A stretch of 59,660 nt of DNA, from the NCBI GenBank assembly GCA_017518975.1, contig JAFWTH010000050.1, positions 1 through 59,660 on the forward strand, written 5' to 3'. The number at the start of each line of letters is the position of its first letter. Positions within the stretch are counted from its first letter, which is position 1. Made by a program: the position numbers and the translations under genes. This DNA comes from Clostridia bacterium (lineage in GTDB: Bacteria > Bacillota > Clostridia > Oscillospirales > CAG-272). This document shows positions 31,181 to 41,600 of the stretch, piece by piece. The notes beneath the pieces are model-generated. The model was not told the origin of the DNA and did no database searches. It saw only the letters and a list, made by a program, of their open reading frames with translations.

Positions 31181-32575
31181 ATGGATGCTCTTACGGGCTT
31201 TATTGAACAGGAAGGCCTTTTCACCACGTTCGTCGTCATTCTGTGGGACGATATTCTGAAGGCGGCAATTCTCGCGGCGTTCATCGCCTTTGTGTCCCGC
31301 CCGAAAGAAAAACCTGTCAGACGGTTCCTTTCCGCGGTCGGAGCGGCGATCCTTATGTACGCGGCGTCCGTTTTTTTCGAGTTTTTCGTGAGCTACAATC
31401 TCTTTCTCAGAGAACTTCGCGAGGTATCTTTCATTCTGATCCTGTTTCTCGCCTCGCTCGCATGCGGGGAAAAGAGTCCCTTCCGCGCCTTGTCGTTTTC
31501 GCTCATCGCGGTGAACGTCTCCGTCGTGACGGAATCCGTTTTGATCGGATCGCTCGCCGCGCAAAGGCCGTTGACGATCCTCAGCGGCAGTATTGCACTC
31601 TCCGCTTATCAGCGCGGGATCGCAGCGTTCGCGACCGCTTTGATCCTTTTCGGCGCCGCCGTCTTTTTCAGAAAATACCGCGCGGAACTCGAACGGAAAG
31701 AAAAGATCGCTCTGCTGACGTCTCTTTCCTTCCTCACGTTGGTCGTTCTGCTGACCCGTAATATTCTCACAACGAACCTCGATTATTATTTGAGAAGGTT
31801 TTTTTCGATATATTCGACGCAAAAAACGGTCGTTTACTGCGTCGTGATCCTCGGCGCCGTCCTTCTTCTGAACGCGTCCGTATACGTCATTTTCGTAAGA
31901 ATCTCTATCCGTAACAAAGAAAAAGCGGAGCAGGCGATCCTCGCGCAAAAGTACCGGGGACAGAATGCGATCATCGAGGAGGTCTCAAAGCAGCATGAAA
32001 AAGTCTCGAGGATGAGGCACGATCTGCTCAATACGCTCGGGACGGTCGACGGGCTCATCGCCTCGGGAAGAACGGACGAGGCGAGAGAGTTCATCCGATC
32101 ACACACCGGTACTCTGTCAGCCGACGTAAGGGCGGTCAATACCGACAACGAGTACGTGAATTCGCTGATCAGCTATAAGTCGTCTCAAGCGAAGGAAAAG
32201 GGCGTGGAGATATCGGTTTACGCCACGTCGAACATCGACTTTCCCGACAACGCGGACCTGTGCAATCTCATCGGCAATATGCTCGACAACGGCATCAACG
32301 CCGCGGCAAAATGCGAAACGGAAAAAGACGTGCGTCTGGATATCACCCGGGACGGCGACGCTTATCGCATATCCGTTCTGAACAGCGTCCCGTCGCCCGT
32401 TCTGAAAACGAATCCGCAGCTTGTGACGAGCAGCCCCGACCGGCTGTCTCACGGATACGGGATGAAGATAATCAGAGAGATCGCGGAAAAATATTACGGA
32501 ACGACGGACTGCTACGATACCGACGACGGAAAGTTCTGCTGCACCGCCGTGCTGTATCCGTCAAGACCGTATTGA
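31181..32575 (+). CDS. Multi-TM GHKL sensor histidine kinase (AgrC/HPK10-like)
   Basis: About 6 TM segments, H-box SRMRHDLLNTL, N-box NLIGNMLDNGINA, G-box SHGYGMKIIREI. Confidence 0.85.
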   Translation: MDALTGFIEQEGLFTTFVVILWDDILKAAILAAFIAFVSRPKEKPVRRFLSAVGAAILMYAASVFFEFFVSYNLFLRELREVSFILILFLASLACGEKSPFRALSFSLIAVNVSVVTESVLIGSLAAQRPLTILSGSIALSAYQRGIAAFATALILFGAAVFFRKYRAELERKEKIALLTSLSFLTLVVLLTRNILTTNLDYYLRRFFSIYSTQKTVVYCVVILGAVLLLNASVYVIFVRISIRNKEKAEQAILAQKYRGQNAIIEEVSKQHEKVSRMRHDLLNTLGTVDGLIASGRTDEAREFIRSHTGTLSADVRAVNTDNEYVNSLISYKSSQAKEKGVEISVYATSNIDFPDNADLCNLIGNMLDNGINAAAKCETEKDVRLDITRDGDAYRISVLNSVPSPVLKTNPQLVTSSPDRLSHGYGMKIIREIAEKYYGTTDCYDTDDGKFCCTAVLYPSRPY

Positions 32576-32590
32576 CGGGCGGTGAGCGGA

Positions 32591-33436
32591 ATGAAGATCA
32601 AAGTTTGCGCCGCGGTTTTCGCCCTGCTTTTCCTTCTGCCCCTGTTCTGCGGGTGCGGGAAGGAGTGGGAGCGCGCGAGGTGCCCGATCGGGGAATTCGA
32701 CGTCGAGGACGTGATCGAAGAAGAAGGCGGACTCCGCGTCACGATAAAACGGAAAAGGATCAGCATTGAAGACGAGAATGCGGAACTTATCCTTATTACG
32801 AACGATACCGACAAAGCGGTGAACTTGGATTTCGTCGGATTGTTCTACGGTGAGGACGGAACGCGGGTCAAAGCGGATCAAAAGGCAGCTGAAGGTTTCC
32901 CCGCTCACTACTCGGGTTTCGTTCTCTTCAGACCGACAGTGAAATACGCGTTCTGCAAACTTATAACTACGCTTATAGAACACGAGGGGGAAACTCCGCT
33001 TCAATACGTCAGCGCGGGATATGATCTCGGCCTCGTCGTGGGTCCGACGTACGACTGGCCGCGCGGTTATAACGTTCCGATCGACGACGCTACGGTCACG
33101 GCATACAACCTCGAGTATGAAGTTTCATCATCGTCCGACAGGGCGATCCGGGTTCAGGGAATCATTATCGGGTTTGATTCGCGCGGCGACCCGTTCGTTT
33201 TCGCCAAAGACTCCTTGTGTATTTCACCGGGACGGAATTTTAGGGAATCATCCGTCTATTATTCGGACCGGATCTGGGATGACGGCGCGGAGCTGCCCGA
33301 CGTTCTCCTCGGCGATCTTTACTGTATCGCGGCGTTCGATTCCGCGGAATGGGAAGACGAATACGAAGCGAGGGAGGAAGAACTGAGACGGCAGTATCTT
33401 GAGATGATAGAAAAACAAGAAACGGGAAACGATTAA
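32591..33436 (+). CDS. Secreted/possible lipoprotein, unknown function
   Basis: MKIKVCAAVFALLFLLPLFCGCGKE signal sequence with a non-canonical lipobox. The start is either 32591 (ATG) or 32582 (GTG). Confidence 0.6.
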   Translation: MKIKVCAAVFALLFLLPLFCGCGKEWERARCPIGEFDVEDVIEEEGGLRVTIKRKRISIEDENAELILITNDTDKAVNLDFVGLFYGEDGTRVKADQKAAEGFPAHYSGFVLFRPTVKYAFCKLITTLIEHEGETPLQYVSAGYDLGLVVGPTYDWPRGYNVPIDDATVTAYNLEYEVSSSSDRAIRVQGIIIGFDSRGDPFVFAKDSLCISPGRNFRESSVYYSDRIWDDGAELPDVLLGDLYCIAAFDSAEWEDEYEAREEELRRQYLEMIEKQETGND

Positions 33437-33440
33437 CGCG

Positions 33441-33477
33441 AAACAGGGGACGGTTCAACAGAACCGTCCCCTGTTTT
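33441..33477. terminator. Bidirectional terminator
   Basis: aaacaggggacggttc-aaca-gaaccgtcccctgttt, a 16-bp stem between convergent genes. Confidence 0.75.
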
Positions 33478-33499
33478 CCGGCGAAGAGACGCGGACTTT

Positions 33500-35311
33500 T
33501 TACGCCTCGTCCTCGTACCACTGACTCTGTGAGTCGAACATCTTTTTGTATTCGCCGTTCTTCGCCATCAGCTCGTCGTGAGTGCCGGTCTCGGCGATCT
33601 TTCCGTCCTTCATCATGATTATCCGGTCGGCGAGACGGACGGATCCGAGACGGTGAGTGACGATGAACGACGTCTTGTCGCGCGAGAGTTCGGCGAATCT
33701 TCCGTATATCCTCGCCTCCTCGATCGGGTCGATCGCCGCGGTGGGCTCGTCGAGGATGATGATACTGCTGTCGCGGTAGAATCCTCGCGCTATCGAGACT
33801 CTCTGAACCTGTCCCCCGGACAGACCCACGCCGTCGTCAAATTCACGCGACAGCATAGTGTCGAACCCGTTCGGCAGCCATTCCTCGTCGGGAGAGAAGC
33901 CCGCCATGGCGCACGCTTCCCTCAGATTTTCGTCCGTACTCTCTTTTTCGTACTGACCTATGATGAGGTTTTCCCTGAGCGTCAGCGCGTAATGCGGATA
34001 ACGCTGATAGACCGCCGACAGGCGGCGGGCGACGGATGAAAACGATATCTCCCTCGTGTTCCAGCCGCAGATCTTGACGTCGCCTCCGTCGGGTCGGTAA
34101 TACCCGATGAGAAGTTTGATGAGCGTCGATTTTCCGCTTCCGTTTTCGCCGACGATTGCGACCGTCTCCTTCGGTTTCACCGAGAAGGATACGCCGTCGA
34201 CTGCGGGCGTCTCCGTATTAGGGTAAGAGAATTTCACGTCGCGCACGTCGATCCCGATATCGTACGGAAGCTCGACGTCCTCGCCGTCGTTCTCCGGGAA
34301 ATCGAGATATCTGACGTAATTCTCGATAAAGGGCAGATCTTGTGACGCCGTGGCAAACGACCCGTAGAACAACTGGTGCAGCTTATCCTCGATCATTCCG
34401 ACGGAAGTGAAGACCGCGGCGAACTCGCCTATCGTGATCCTTCCGATGAGAAGGAAGCGGAAGAGCATATAGTAAACTCCGAGCCGTCCGACGAAGGTCA
34501 GGAGCTGCGCCCCGAAGAAAAGCCACCGCTGTTTTGACTCCGTCTTTCGGTCGAGTTTCGTCAGCCTGCGCCACAGACTGCTGAACGAGCGGAAGAAATA
34601 CCAGAATCCTCCGAGCAGGCGCGTCTCCTTGAGAAATTGCTGCGAGGTGGCGCATTCGAAATAGTGGCCCGAAAGACGCCTGTCCGGCGCCGCCTTGTCC
34701 TCTTTGTCTCGATATATCTTTTTCACGAGGAACTGATACAGCAGCGTGGGTATAAAGATCATCAGAAGCGCCGCGACGAGCCAAGGATCGCGTTGTACCA
34801 GATAGACGGACGTGATAACGAAATACGGGATATGGTACAGGACGATCTGCTTGAGCGTTGAGAGCAGCGAGCGCGCAGAGTCCGCTCCGGAACCGGCTTT
34901 TTCGATATCGTCGAGCTTGTCGGTATCCTCGAACAGGATCGGCGGGATCTTCGCCATCTTGGAAAGACGCTGTTCGGTCTGCCTGTTCTCGGCGCGATAG
35001 GAGAACGCGGTATCGGTCCTGTTCGCGATCTGACTGAGGATCGCCGAAAATATGAACGTGCCGGCGTATGCCGCTATGAGAACGATGATGCCGGTCACGG
35101 GTCCGCCGCCGTTTTCATAAACGGTTGTCACCCCGTTGAAAACGCCTTCGAGAACGTAGATCTGCGCGGCCTGAAGGATCGCCTGAACGACGATTATGAT
35201 ACAGCCGATCGAGAAAAGCCCGGGCGCCGCGCCGATTATTACGGGCAGCGTCTTTTTTACGCACTTGAAGAAACCGACGCGCGGCTTCTTATCTTTGTTG
35301 TTCTTCTTCAC
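33500..35311 (-). CDS. ABC exporter, fused permease-ATPase (heterodimer partner B)
   Basis: Six-TM N-terminal half, Walker A GENGSGKST, signature LSGGQVQR, Walker B IIILDE. Confidence 0.9.
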   Translation of the reverse strand: MKKNNKDKKPRVGFFKCVKKTLPVIIGAAPGLFSIGCIIIVVQAILQAAQIYVLEGVFNGVTTVYENGGGPVTGIIVLIAAYAGTFIFSAILSQIANRTDTAFSYRAENRQTEQRLSKMAKIPPILFEDTDKLDDIEKAGSGADSARSLLSTLKQIVLYHIPYFVITSVYLVQRDPWLVAALLMIFIPTLLYQFLVKKIYRDKEDKAAPDRRLSGHYFECATSQQFLKETRLLGGFWYFFRSFSSLWRRLTKLDRKTESKQRWLFFGAQLLTFVGRLGVYYMLFRFLLIGRITIGEFAAVFTSVGMIEDKLHQLFYGSFATASQDLPFIENYVRYLDFPENDGEDVELPYDIGIDVRDVKFSYPNTETPAVDGVSFSVKPKETVAIVGENGSGKSTLIKLLIGYYRPDGGDVKICGWNTREISFSSVARRLSAVYQRYPHYALTLRENLIIGQYEKESTDENLREACAMAGFSPDEEWLPNGFDTMLSREFDDGVGLSGGQVQRVSIARGFYRDSSIIILDEPTAAIDPIEEARIYGRFAELSRDKTSFIVTHRLGSVRLADRIIMMKDGKIAETGTHDELMAKNGEYKKMFDSQSQWYEDEA

Positions 35312-37143
35312 GAGATCGCCTCCTCTCCGGGGGCGTCCTCGTACCAGCTCTTCTGAGTCGAGAACATCTCGGCGTAAATGCCGCCCGCCTTCACGAGCTC
35401 GTCGTGCGAGCCCGATTCCGCGACGGCTCCGCCGTCGATGACGAGGATCCGGTCGGCGATGCGAGCCGCGCCGAGTCGGTGGGTGATGAAGACCGCGCTC
35501 TTGCCCTCCGTCACTTTCTTGAACAGAGCGTAGACGGCGCTCTCAGCGATCGGATCGAGCGCGGCGGTCGGTTCGTCAAGGATCGACACGGGACGATTGC
35601 CGTATAAAGCGCGCGCGATGGCGACCCTCTGCCACTCCCCGCCGGAAAGATCGACGCCGTCCGTCGCCGCCTTTCCGAGCGGAGTGTTGACGCCGGAGTG
35701 GAGTTTTTCAAGCGCTTCGGTGAGGCCGATCTCCTCGGTCACGCGCAGGACGTCCTCGTCGCTGTCTCTGTTCACGTCGCCCAGCTTGATCGCGTCGCCG
35801 TAAGGGATCTGATATTTTGCGAAATCCTGAAAAACGACGGAGAACAACCCCTTTATCTCGGCGTACGTGAAGTCGCGCAGGTTTTTCCCGCCGATCAGAA
35901 TATCGCCCTCGTATTCGTCGTACAGACCGGTGAGCAGCTTTGTGATCGTCGTCTTACCCGCGCCGTTCACACCGACGAAGGCGCAGTGTTCACCCTCGTT
36001 TATAGTGAACGAGCAGTTTTTGAGTATGTAGCGGTCCGTGCCGGGATACTTGAAGGAAACGTCTCGGAACTCGATCTTGCCGAAATTGAATCCGCTCATA
36101 TCGGCGGGCGGATCGAGCGCGCCCTCCTGCTCCTCAAGCTGAGAGAATTCCGACAGGTCTCCGAGGTTCTTTGTCGCCTGAGCCATCCATCTGACGTCCC
36201 ACGGGATGCCGCCCCCGACTATTCCCACCGCGCGAAGCAGAAGATTGGCGAAGCCGACGAAGAAGCCGGCGGAGAGTTCACCTCGTCCGACGGCGAACAC
36301 AAGAGCCGTCATTATCGCGGCGTACATCACCCACGAGAGGGACCGTATAAAATTGTCTCTTCTCGAGTTTCTGACCGTGTTTTTCAGATTCTTCCGGTCC
36401 ATTTCGAGCTTCGTTTTTTTCCATTTTCCGAATATGAAAGGAGCGTACCCGAACGTCGAGCGTTCCTCAAGATAGTCCTTTGCCGAGAGGAAAGCCTGAT
36501 ACTTGCCGGCGTATCTTCCGTCTTTTTCAACGTTGAAAAACGTCTCGTAATCCTGAAGACCCGATCTTACGGCGAGAAAAACGGCGGGAATAACGATACC
36601 GACCGCGATGAGTCCGCCCCACCATACCTTGAGAAACACGGAGGAGATCGTAATGACGAGAAACACCCATCGATAGGCGATCCATATTACCCGTCCTCCT
36701 CTCTCGAGCATCTTGCCCGCCGGTTCGCTGCACGCGCGGCCTATGAGGTCGTACGTTTTGCTGTCCTCAACGTAACGGTACTTGATGCTTGCCTGTTTTA
36801 TCAGAAAGACCTCTTTCGTGACCGAATAAACTTTCTCTCGCAAACGGGCAAACGTGATATCTTCAAACTGATAAACGGCTGAATTCAAGAAGAACGTGGC
36901 GAACATGAAGACGAGAGGCATGATGATCGCCGATTCCGGCGCTTCGCCCCGAATGACCGAAAGAGCGGTATCAACAAACGACGCCGTGGTAAAAAGTTGA
37001 AGATACGGGTACACGGTCTCGAGCACGTTGGCAAGCAGATCGAGGGCGGTCCAGAGCGGAGTGACACGGAACAGGAAAAGGAAGCAGTCGATCAGCCGCC
37101 ATTTGCCCCGTTTGAGCTCAGGCAGCTTTTTTTCTTTTTTCAA
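35308..37143 (-). CDS. ABC exporter, fused permease-ATPase (heterodimer partner A)
   Basis: Walker A GVNGAGKTT, signature LSGGEWQR, Walker B VSILDE. TTG start after aaaggag. A 4-nt overlap with the downstream partner. Confidence 0.88.
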   Translation of the reverse strand: MKKEKKLPELKRGKWRLIDCFLFLFRVTPLWTALDLLANVLETVYPYLQLFTTASFVDTALSVIRGEAPESAIIMPLVFMFATFFLNSAVYQFEDITFARLREKVYSVTKEVFLIKQASIKYRYVEDSKTYDLIGRACSEPAGKMLERGGRVIWIAYRWVFLVITISSVFLKVWWGGLIAVGIVIPAVFLAVRSGLQDYETFFNVEKDGRYAGKYQAFLSAKDYLEERSTFGYAPFIFGKWKKTKLEMDRKNLKNTVRNSRRDNFIRSLSWVMYAAIMTALVFAVGRGELSAGFFVGFANLLLRAVGIVGGGIPWDVRWMAQATKNLGDLSEFSQLEEQEGALDPPADMSGFNFGKIEFRDVSFKYPGTDRYILKNCSFTINEGEHCAFVGVNGAGKTTITKLLTGLYDEYEGDILIGGKNLRDFTYAEIKGLFSVVFQDFAKYQIPYGDAIKLGDVNRDSDEDVLRVTEEIGLTEALEKLHSGVNTPLGKAATDGVDLSGGEWQRVAIARALYGNRPVSILDEPTAALDPIAESAVYALFKKVTEGKSAVFITHRLGAARIADRILVIDGGAVAESGSHDELVKAGGIYAEMFSTQKSWYEDAPGEEAIS

Positions 37144-37245
37144 GCGGTATTCTCCTTTCTGGGTTTTCCGAGTCCGCCGCGCCGGGAGAAGTCGGCAAAG
37201 ACACGCGCTACACAGGACGCGCGCGCTCCGGCGGAGCTCATCTTT

Positions 37246-37273
37246 ATTTTATCTGCGAGAAGAACTTTGTCAA
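37246..37273 (-). promoter_or_regulatory. Candidate promoter of the ABC exporter operon
   Basis: Minus-strand TTGACA (37273-37268), 16 nt, TAAAAT (37251-37246). Confidence 0.5.
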
Positions 37274-37334
37274 TAAAGCGTTGGTTGAGTCCTTGTATAC
37301 GATCCGGGTTAGAAGGCCGAACCAATGAATAAAC

Positions 37335-37563
37335 AAAAAAAGTGCGCAGCGTGAGCCGCGCACCGAAAAACGCACAACTCCTATTGCTGCGACACAATTT
37401 TCAAGGTGGGGTAACAGGAGCTTCCCGAACCCGCCCGGAGCGGCGCCTATACGGCATATTTTCGTTTCTCGTCCTTGCCTTATCTATGTAAGCGTTGAAA
37501 CGGAGCCTGCATTTTACCAAAGTAAAAAGCACGCTTACAAATCCAAATATGAAATTGTGCCGC
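37335..37563 (-). ncRNA. Structured RNA element B (paralogue of the leader at 52479-52633)
   Basis: Own promoter TTGAAT (37598-37593), 17 nt, TATAAT (37575-37570). Closing helix tgcggcacaattt/aaattgtgtcgca. Inner helix gtaagcgt/acgcttac. Hairpin ttttac-tttg-gtaaaa. Terminator gtgcgcggctcacgctgcgcac + U7 (37363-37335). The 3' ~55 nt are nearly identical to element A. Confidence 0.6.
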
Positions 37564-37623
37564 AACCACATTATAACACGCAGCCGTCTTTTATTCAATA
37601 GCGGGATACGCGTCGGGTCAAAG

Positions 37624-37647
37624 AAAAAGCGCCGTACGGCGCTTTTT
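37624..37647. terminator. Bidirectional terminator
   Basis: aaaaagcgccg-ta-cggcgcttttt, a perfect palindrome with A/T runs on both sides. Confidence 0.75.
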
Positions 37648-37696
37648 CAAAAATAAAAACACAGCGAAACGAGTGAAAAGCAGACTTACCCCTCAG

Positions 37697-38017
37697 TTAC
37701 GACCCGACAGCCGTAATGATGCCGGATTTCAGAGGGAAAGAAGGGTCGCTCTGAGTCATCGACAACAGTCTGCACGCGGCTCCCTCGGGATGATTTCTTC
37801 CCGCTTCCCACGCCTCGACGGTCTTTACCGAAACGCCCAGATATCTGGCAAATAATACTTGTGTAAGCCCCGTGCTGTTCCGGATTTTTTTGATCTCATC
37901 CGGCGTAAAGGACTCTACCGGCTCGATTGAAAGCGTAACGGTTTTTGCGTTCAGCTTTCCTTTTTCAAATTCGATCGCCTGATTCAGTCCGGTTTTGATA
38001 TCGTCAAACACGCCCAT
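37697..38017 (-). CDS. higA: HigA-type XRE-family HTH antitoxin
   Basis: FTPDEIKKIRNSTGLTQVLFARYLGVSVKTVEAWEAGRNHP is an HTH pattern. Lies downstream of the toxin gene (HigBA gene order). Confidence 0.8.
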   Translation of the reverse strand: MGVFDDIKTGLNQAIEFEKGKLNAKTVTLSIEPVESFTPDEIKKIRNSTGLTQVLFARYLGVSVKTVEAWEAGRNHPEGAACRLLSMTQSDPSFPLKSGIITAVGS

Positions 38018-38029
38018 TGTTTTCCTCCT

Positions 38030-38374
38030 TTACTTGTTTTCCTTCAACTGCTGTTCGAGCAGTTTGATAAGGTGTTTTATCTCGTTCTTTTCCGAATCGC
38101 TTAAATTGTCTTTTTCGTCTTTAGTATATGCCGTGATTAAAAAGATTTTTTCATAGATTTCAAAATCGACGTATATCACCCTGACGCTTCCGCTTTTGCC
38201 GCGGTGTTCGAATGCGAAGCGCATCTTCCGGACGCCGCCGGTTCCGCGCATAACCGCTCCGACCTGCGGGTCGGCAAGAAGTTCCTCTTGAAGACGAAGT
38301 AAATCGTTATCGTCAAGCCCCATGGCTTTCCATCTTGTTCTGAAAATCGGCAGTTCAACAAACGTCCTTGTCAT
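38030..38374 (-). CDS. higB: HigB-2/RelE-like toxin
   Basis: 114 aa, ...GTGGVRKMRFAFEHRGKSGSVRVIYVDF...LITAYTKDEKDNLS is the family pattern. Confidence 0.75.
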   Translation of the reverse strand: MTRTFVELPIFRTRWKAMGLDDNDLLRLQEELLADPQVGAVMRGTGGVRKMRFAFEHRGKSGSVRVIYVDFEIYEKIFLITAYTKDEKDNLSDSEKNEIKHLIKLLEQQLKENK

Positions 38375-38400
38375 ATAAAGATCCTCCTTGTCGCAACATT

Positions 38401-38429
38401 ATTATACCCTATTAAATAGGGTATGTCAA
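38401..38429 (-). promoter_or_regulatory. higBA promoter with perfect 21-nt palindromic operator in the spacer
   Basis: Minus-strand TTGACA (38429-38424), 17 nt, TATAAT (38406-38401). Palindrome ataccctatt-a-aatagggtat at 38404-38424. Confidence 0.75.
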
Positions 38430-38554
38430 CAGATTTTCAATTATTTCACGCTGTGGTCTATAACTAAAAATCCGAAAAAAATAGAGTTTTTGTTATCAAT
38501 AACACAAAAATTGTTTTTTCGGAGTTTTTGTCATATGTCTCGGCGAGAGATCGT

Positions 38555-38640
38555 GAGAATGAATTACGTCCTCAGGGCGCATGAATTGACCCTCCGCGCC
38601 ATTCGGCGCGGAGGGTCGTTCATATACGGTATACCGAAAT
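38555..38640 (-). repeat. Hairpin array 4 (AATTCAT linkers, minus-strand reading)
   Basis: atgaatt on the + strand at 38559 and 38581. Hairpins are gaccctccgcgcc-attc-ggcgcggagggtc (38588-38617) and acgtcc-tca-gggcgc. Directly downstream of the peptidase gene. Confidence 0.6.
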
Positions 38641-38643
38641 ATC

Positions 38644-41600
38644 TTATTTCACGTTCGCCCTGTAAAGGAACGTGACGATCTGCGCTCTGGTGCAGAAGGC
38701 GTAGGGCGAGAACGCGGTATCGGACGTACCCTTCGTTATCTCTTCTCCGACCGCCCAGAGTACCGCTTTGTAGAAGTAATCGTCCTCGCTCACGTCTCCG
38801 AACGGGTTGACGGGTCCTTCTTCCTCGTATTCGCCCGGGTCGGCATCCCATCCGTCGTCGAAGACGTCTTCGGTTTCCCCGTCGCCGGGGCGGCCCGCCG
38901 CGCGCCACAGGAACGTGACGATCTGCGCTCTCGTGCAAACGTTGTCGGGCGAGAAGGCGTCGGCCGCGGTACCGGTGGTTATCTCCTTTTCGACCGCCCA
39001 GAGTACCGCTTTGTAGAAGTAATCGCTTTCGCTCACGTCGCCGAACGGGTTTTCGGTGAGGGTCGGTTCGGGTGAACCGGCGGCGCGCCACAGGAACGTG
39101 ACCGCCTGCGCTCTCGTGCACTCGTCGTCGGGCGAGAAGGTATCCGCGCCGGTCCCCGTTGTGATGCCGCCGGAGACCGCCCACGCCACGGGTCTCGCAA
39201 AATATGCGTCGGCGGGAACGTCGGAGAACGATCTCGGCGCTTTTGCCGTCGCCGTGACGGTATCGCTCGTCTGCCCGTAATTGATCGGGTCAAAATACCA
39301 CGGTGAGCCGTCGGGGACTTCGGTGTAGCCCGACGCCCTCAGTTCGTACTTTCCTTCATCGAGTCCGAATACGACCGCTTCGGTCACGGGGCCCGCGAAG
39401 CGCGCTTCGCGCCATTCTTCCTCGCCCTCGGCGCGGTATTCGATCCGATAGCCGGAAAGACCGCACTCGGACTGATCGCGGAGCTTGACGGTCAGTTTGC
39501 CCTCGCCTTCCTCGACGCTCTCGATCACCGCTTTTTGCGGTACGATAACGAAAGTTGCGAATACATCGGGGCTGACGGATACGCGGTCGCTGACTTGTCC
39601 GATTTTTACGGTCGCGAGGCCGCATTTTACGTTATCTTCGTAAACGAAGCTGAAGTCCTCGTCTTTGACGAGGGCCTGAACGAGGCAGTCCACGTTTTCC
39701 GCGGGGGCGATCTCCTCGCCCGTGTACTCGTATACGACGCGCTGTTTTCCCGTAGAAAAGTCCGTCTGTAGGAAGATACCCGTTATGACCGATTTATACA
39801 CGTGGACGTAGAACGGGATCGTTCCGACCCCTTTCACGGTGACGTAAGCGATCGCTTTCTCTCCTTCGACGTTGTTCGCGGTGAACACGGCTCTAAGGCC
39901 GTTCGCTCCCGGAGAGAGCGTGACGACTCTGTCGCCTCCTTCCTCCAATCCCCACGAGACGTCTTCCTCTGCGAAGACGGGCACGTTGGCCTCGGTCGCG
40001 TGGAAGCCGATGCGCATGACCGAGCTTCCTCTCGTATCCGTCTTATAGTATAGGAAGGTATTGCCGTTCAAGGCCGGGATGAAGTCTTTTTCAAGCTGTC
40101 GGCAATATCCCTTTATCGGGAAATTGTCGTACGTCAGATCCTCCGAAACGGTGCCGTTGCCGAGGATGCCCAGCTCCGTCGCCATTTCATCTCTGAAGTC
40201 CTGCTCCTGCGCGTAGTCGCACCACGCGCCGTCCCTCAGGAAGAAGCTTTCCCCATTGTTGATTATCCCTTTGAACGATTGGATGCCGCTGTCCTCATAG
40301 AAGGAGTACTGGAAATTGACCGCGTATTTGCCCTCGGCGCTCTTTTGAGTGACCACGATCGAATAGGGCTGATACTTCGTCAGCAGGATCCTGCCGGAGC
40401 CGTCGCCCGCGACGTCGAACAGAACGTCGAAATCCTTGAGGGATTCAAGGTGATATCCCCCGTACCGGTACGTCGTCTCCATTTCGGCGACTTTCAGCCC
40501 CTCTTCCGGGGCTTTCGAGTAGCCGTCGAGCAGATAGATCTCGTATTTTACGGTCATGCCGGGCTCGGACGTGAAGCAGGATACCTCCTCAAGCTCCTCA
40601 CAGTGAGACGCCGTGAAGATATTGCCCATCTTCATCTCGTCCTCGGAGAAGAAGGACAGAGCGTCGCCCACCGGCATATAGTCGTGCTGATCGGTTATGT
40701 TTACCCCCTCGTCGTTCTCTTCGACGACGTAGCTGACGGGTCCGGAGGCCGTCTGATCGTAGTAGGACAGCCAAAACAGCCCCGTGTGGTTCCCGCTTTC
40801 GTCGACGATGCCCCACGTGCCCGAGCCCTCGCTCGGGAAACCGGAGCCGCCCGCTCCCCAGCTGTTCTTCACGAGCCACGCGCCGTCCGCGGGGGGCGCC
40901 TTGTCGATCGTGACCGTCGTTCCGTCTGTCAGGACCGCCTCGACGGTCCCCTGGATAAAGTTGTCGCGGGAATAACCGTCGTCCCAGCCGATGATCGTCA
41001 CCGCGTGGTTGGAACCGATGGGCATATAAGTGTAGTGAGCCCAGTTGTCGCTGATGAACTGCGCGCCGCCTTCCTGCCCCGGCACGGAGGTGTCGGCGCA
41101 GAAGTTGATTTGAACGGCGCGGCGGGCGAGGAGCTCTTCCTTGATCGCCTTCGTGGCGGCGGGATTGTAAACGTAATGACCGTCCTCGTCGGGGTTTGAC
41201 GGATTCGGAAGGAAGCGCGCTTCTTTGACGGTGTACGACTTCATGAAGCGGTACGCTGACGGGATCGTCCAGTCGTCAGAGGCGCTGTACGAATACTTTT
41301 TGAGTTCCCCGGACAGCCATTCGTAATTGATAACGGCACCTTTTCCGTGATATTCGAAGATCGGGTCGACGCTCTCATGCACCGGACCGATGCCCTGCGC
41401 GAGCGCACCGGCGGAGAACACCTCGTTCCCTCCCCGGTTCATAAACTCCGTGAGTCCGTCCTCCGAGATGAAGTCGGCGATGAACTGACCCTCTCCGTTC
41501 TGTGGGTTTCCGGGTTCGTTCAGCGGAGTGGCGGAGAACCACGCGAGCTGTTTTTCGGACAGATCGAGAGTTTCGGGCGTCGCTGGCGCCCCGTCCGCAC

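Noticed and set aside
33500-37143. The ABC exporter pair together with the LytTR system, considered as a bacteriocin or quorum-peptide export locus.
   Set aside because: The exporters have no C39 peptidase domain. No precursor-like sORF or immunity gene was recognised. The exporters are convergent to, not co-transcribed with, the two-component genes.
37401-37598. 65-aa ORF on the minus strand upstream of the ABC exporter.
   Set aside because: It overlaps RNA element B from its promoter onward, has no RBS and is basic and low-complexity. The structured-RNA interpretation fits better.
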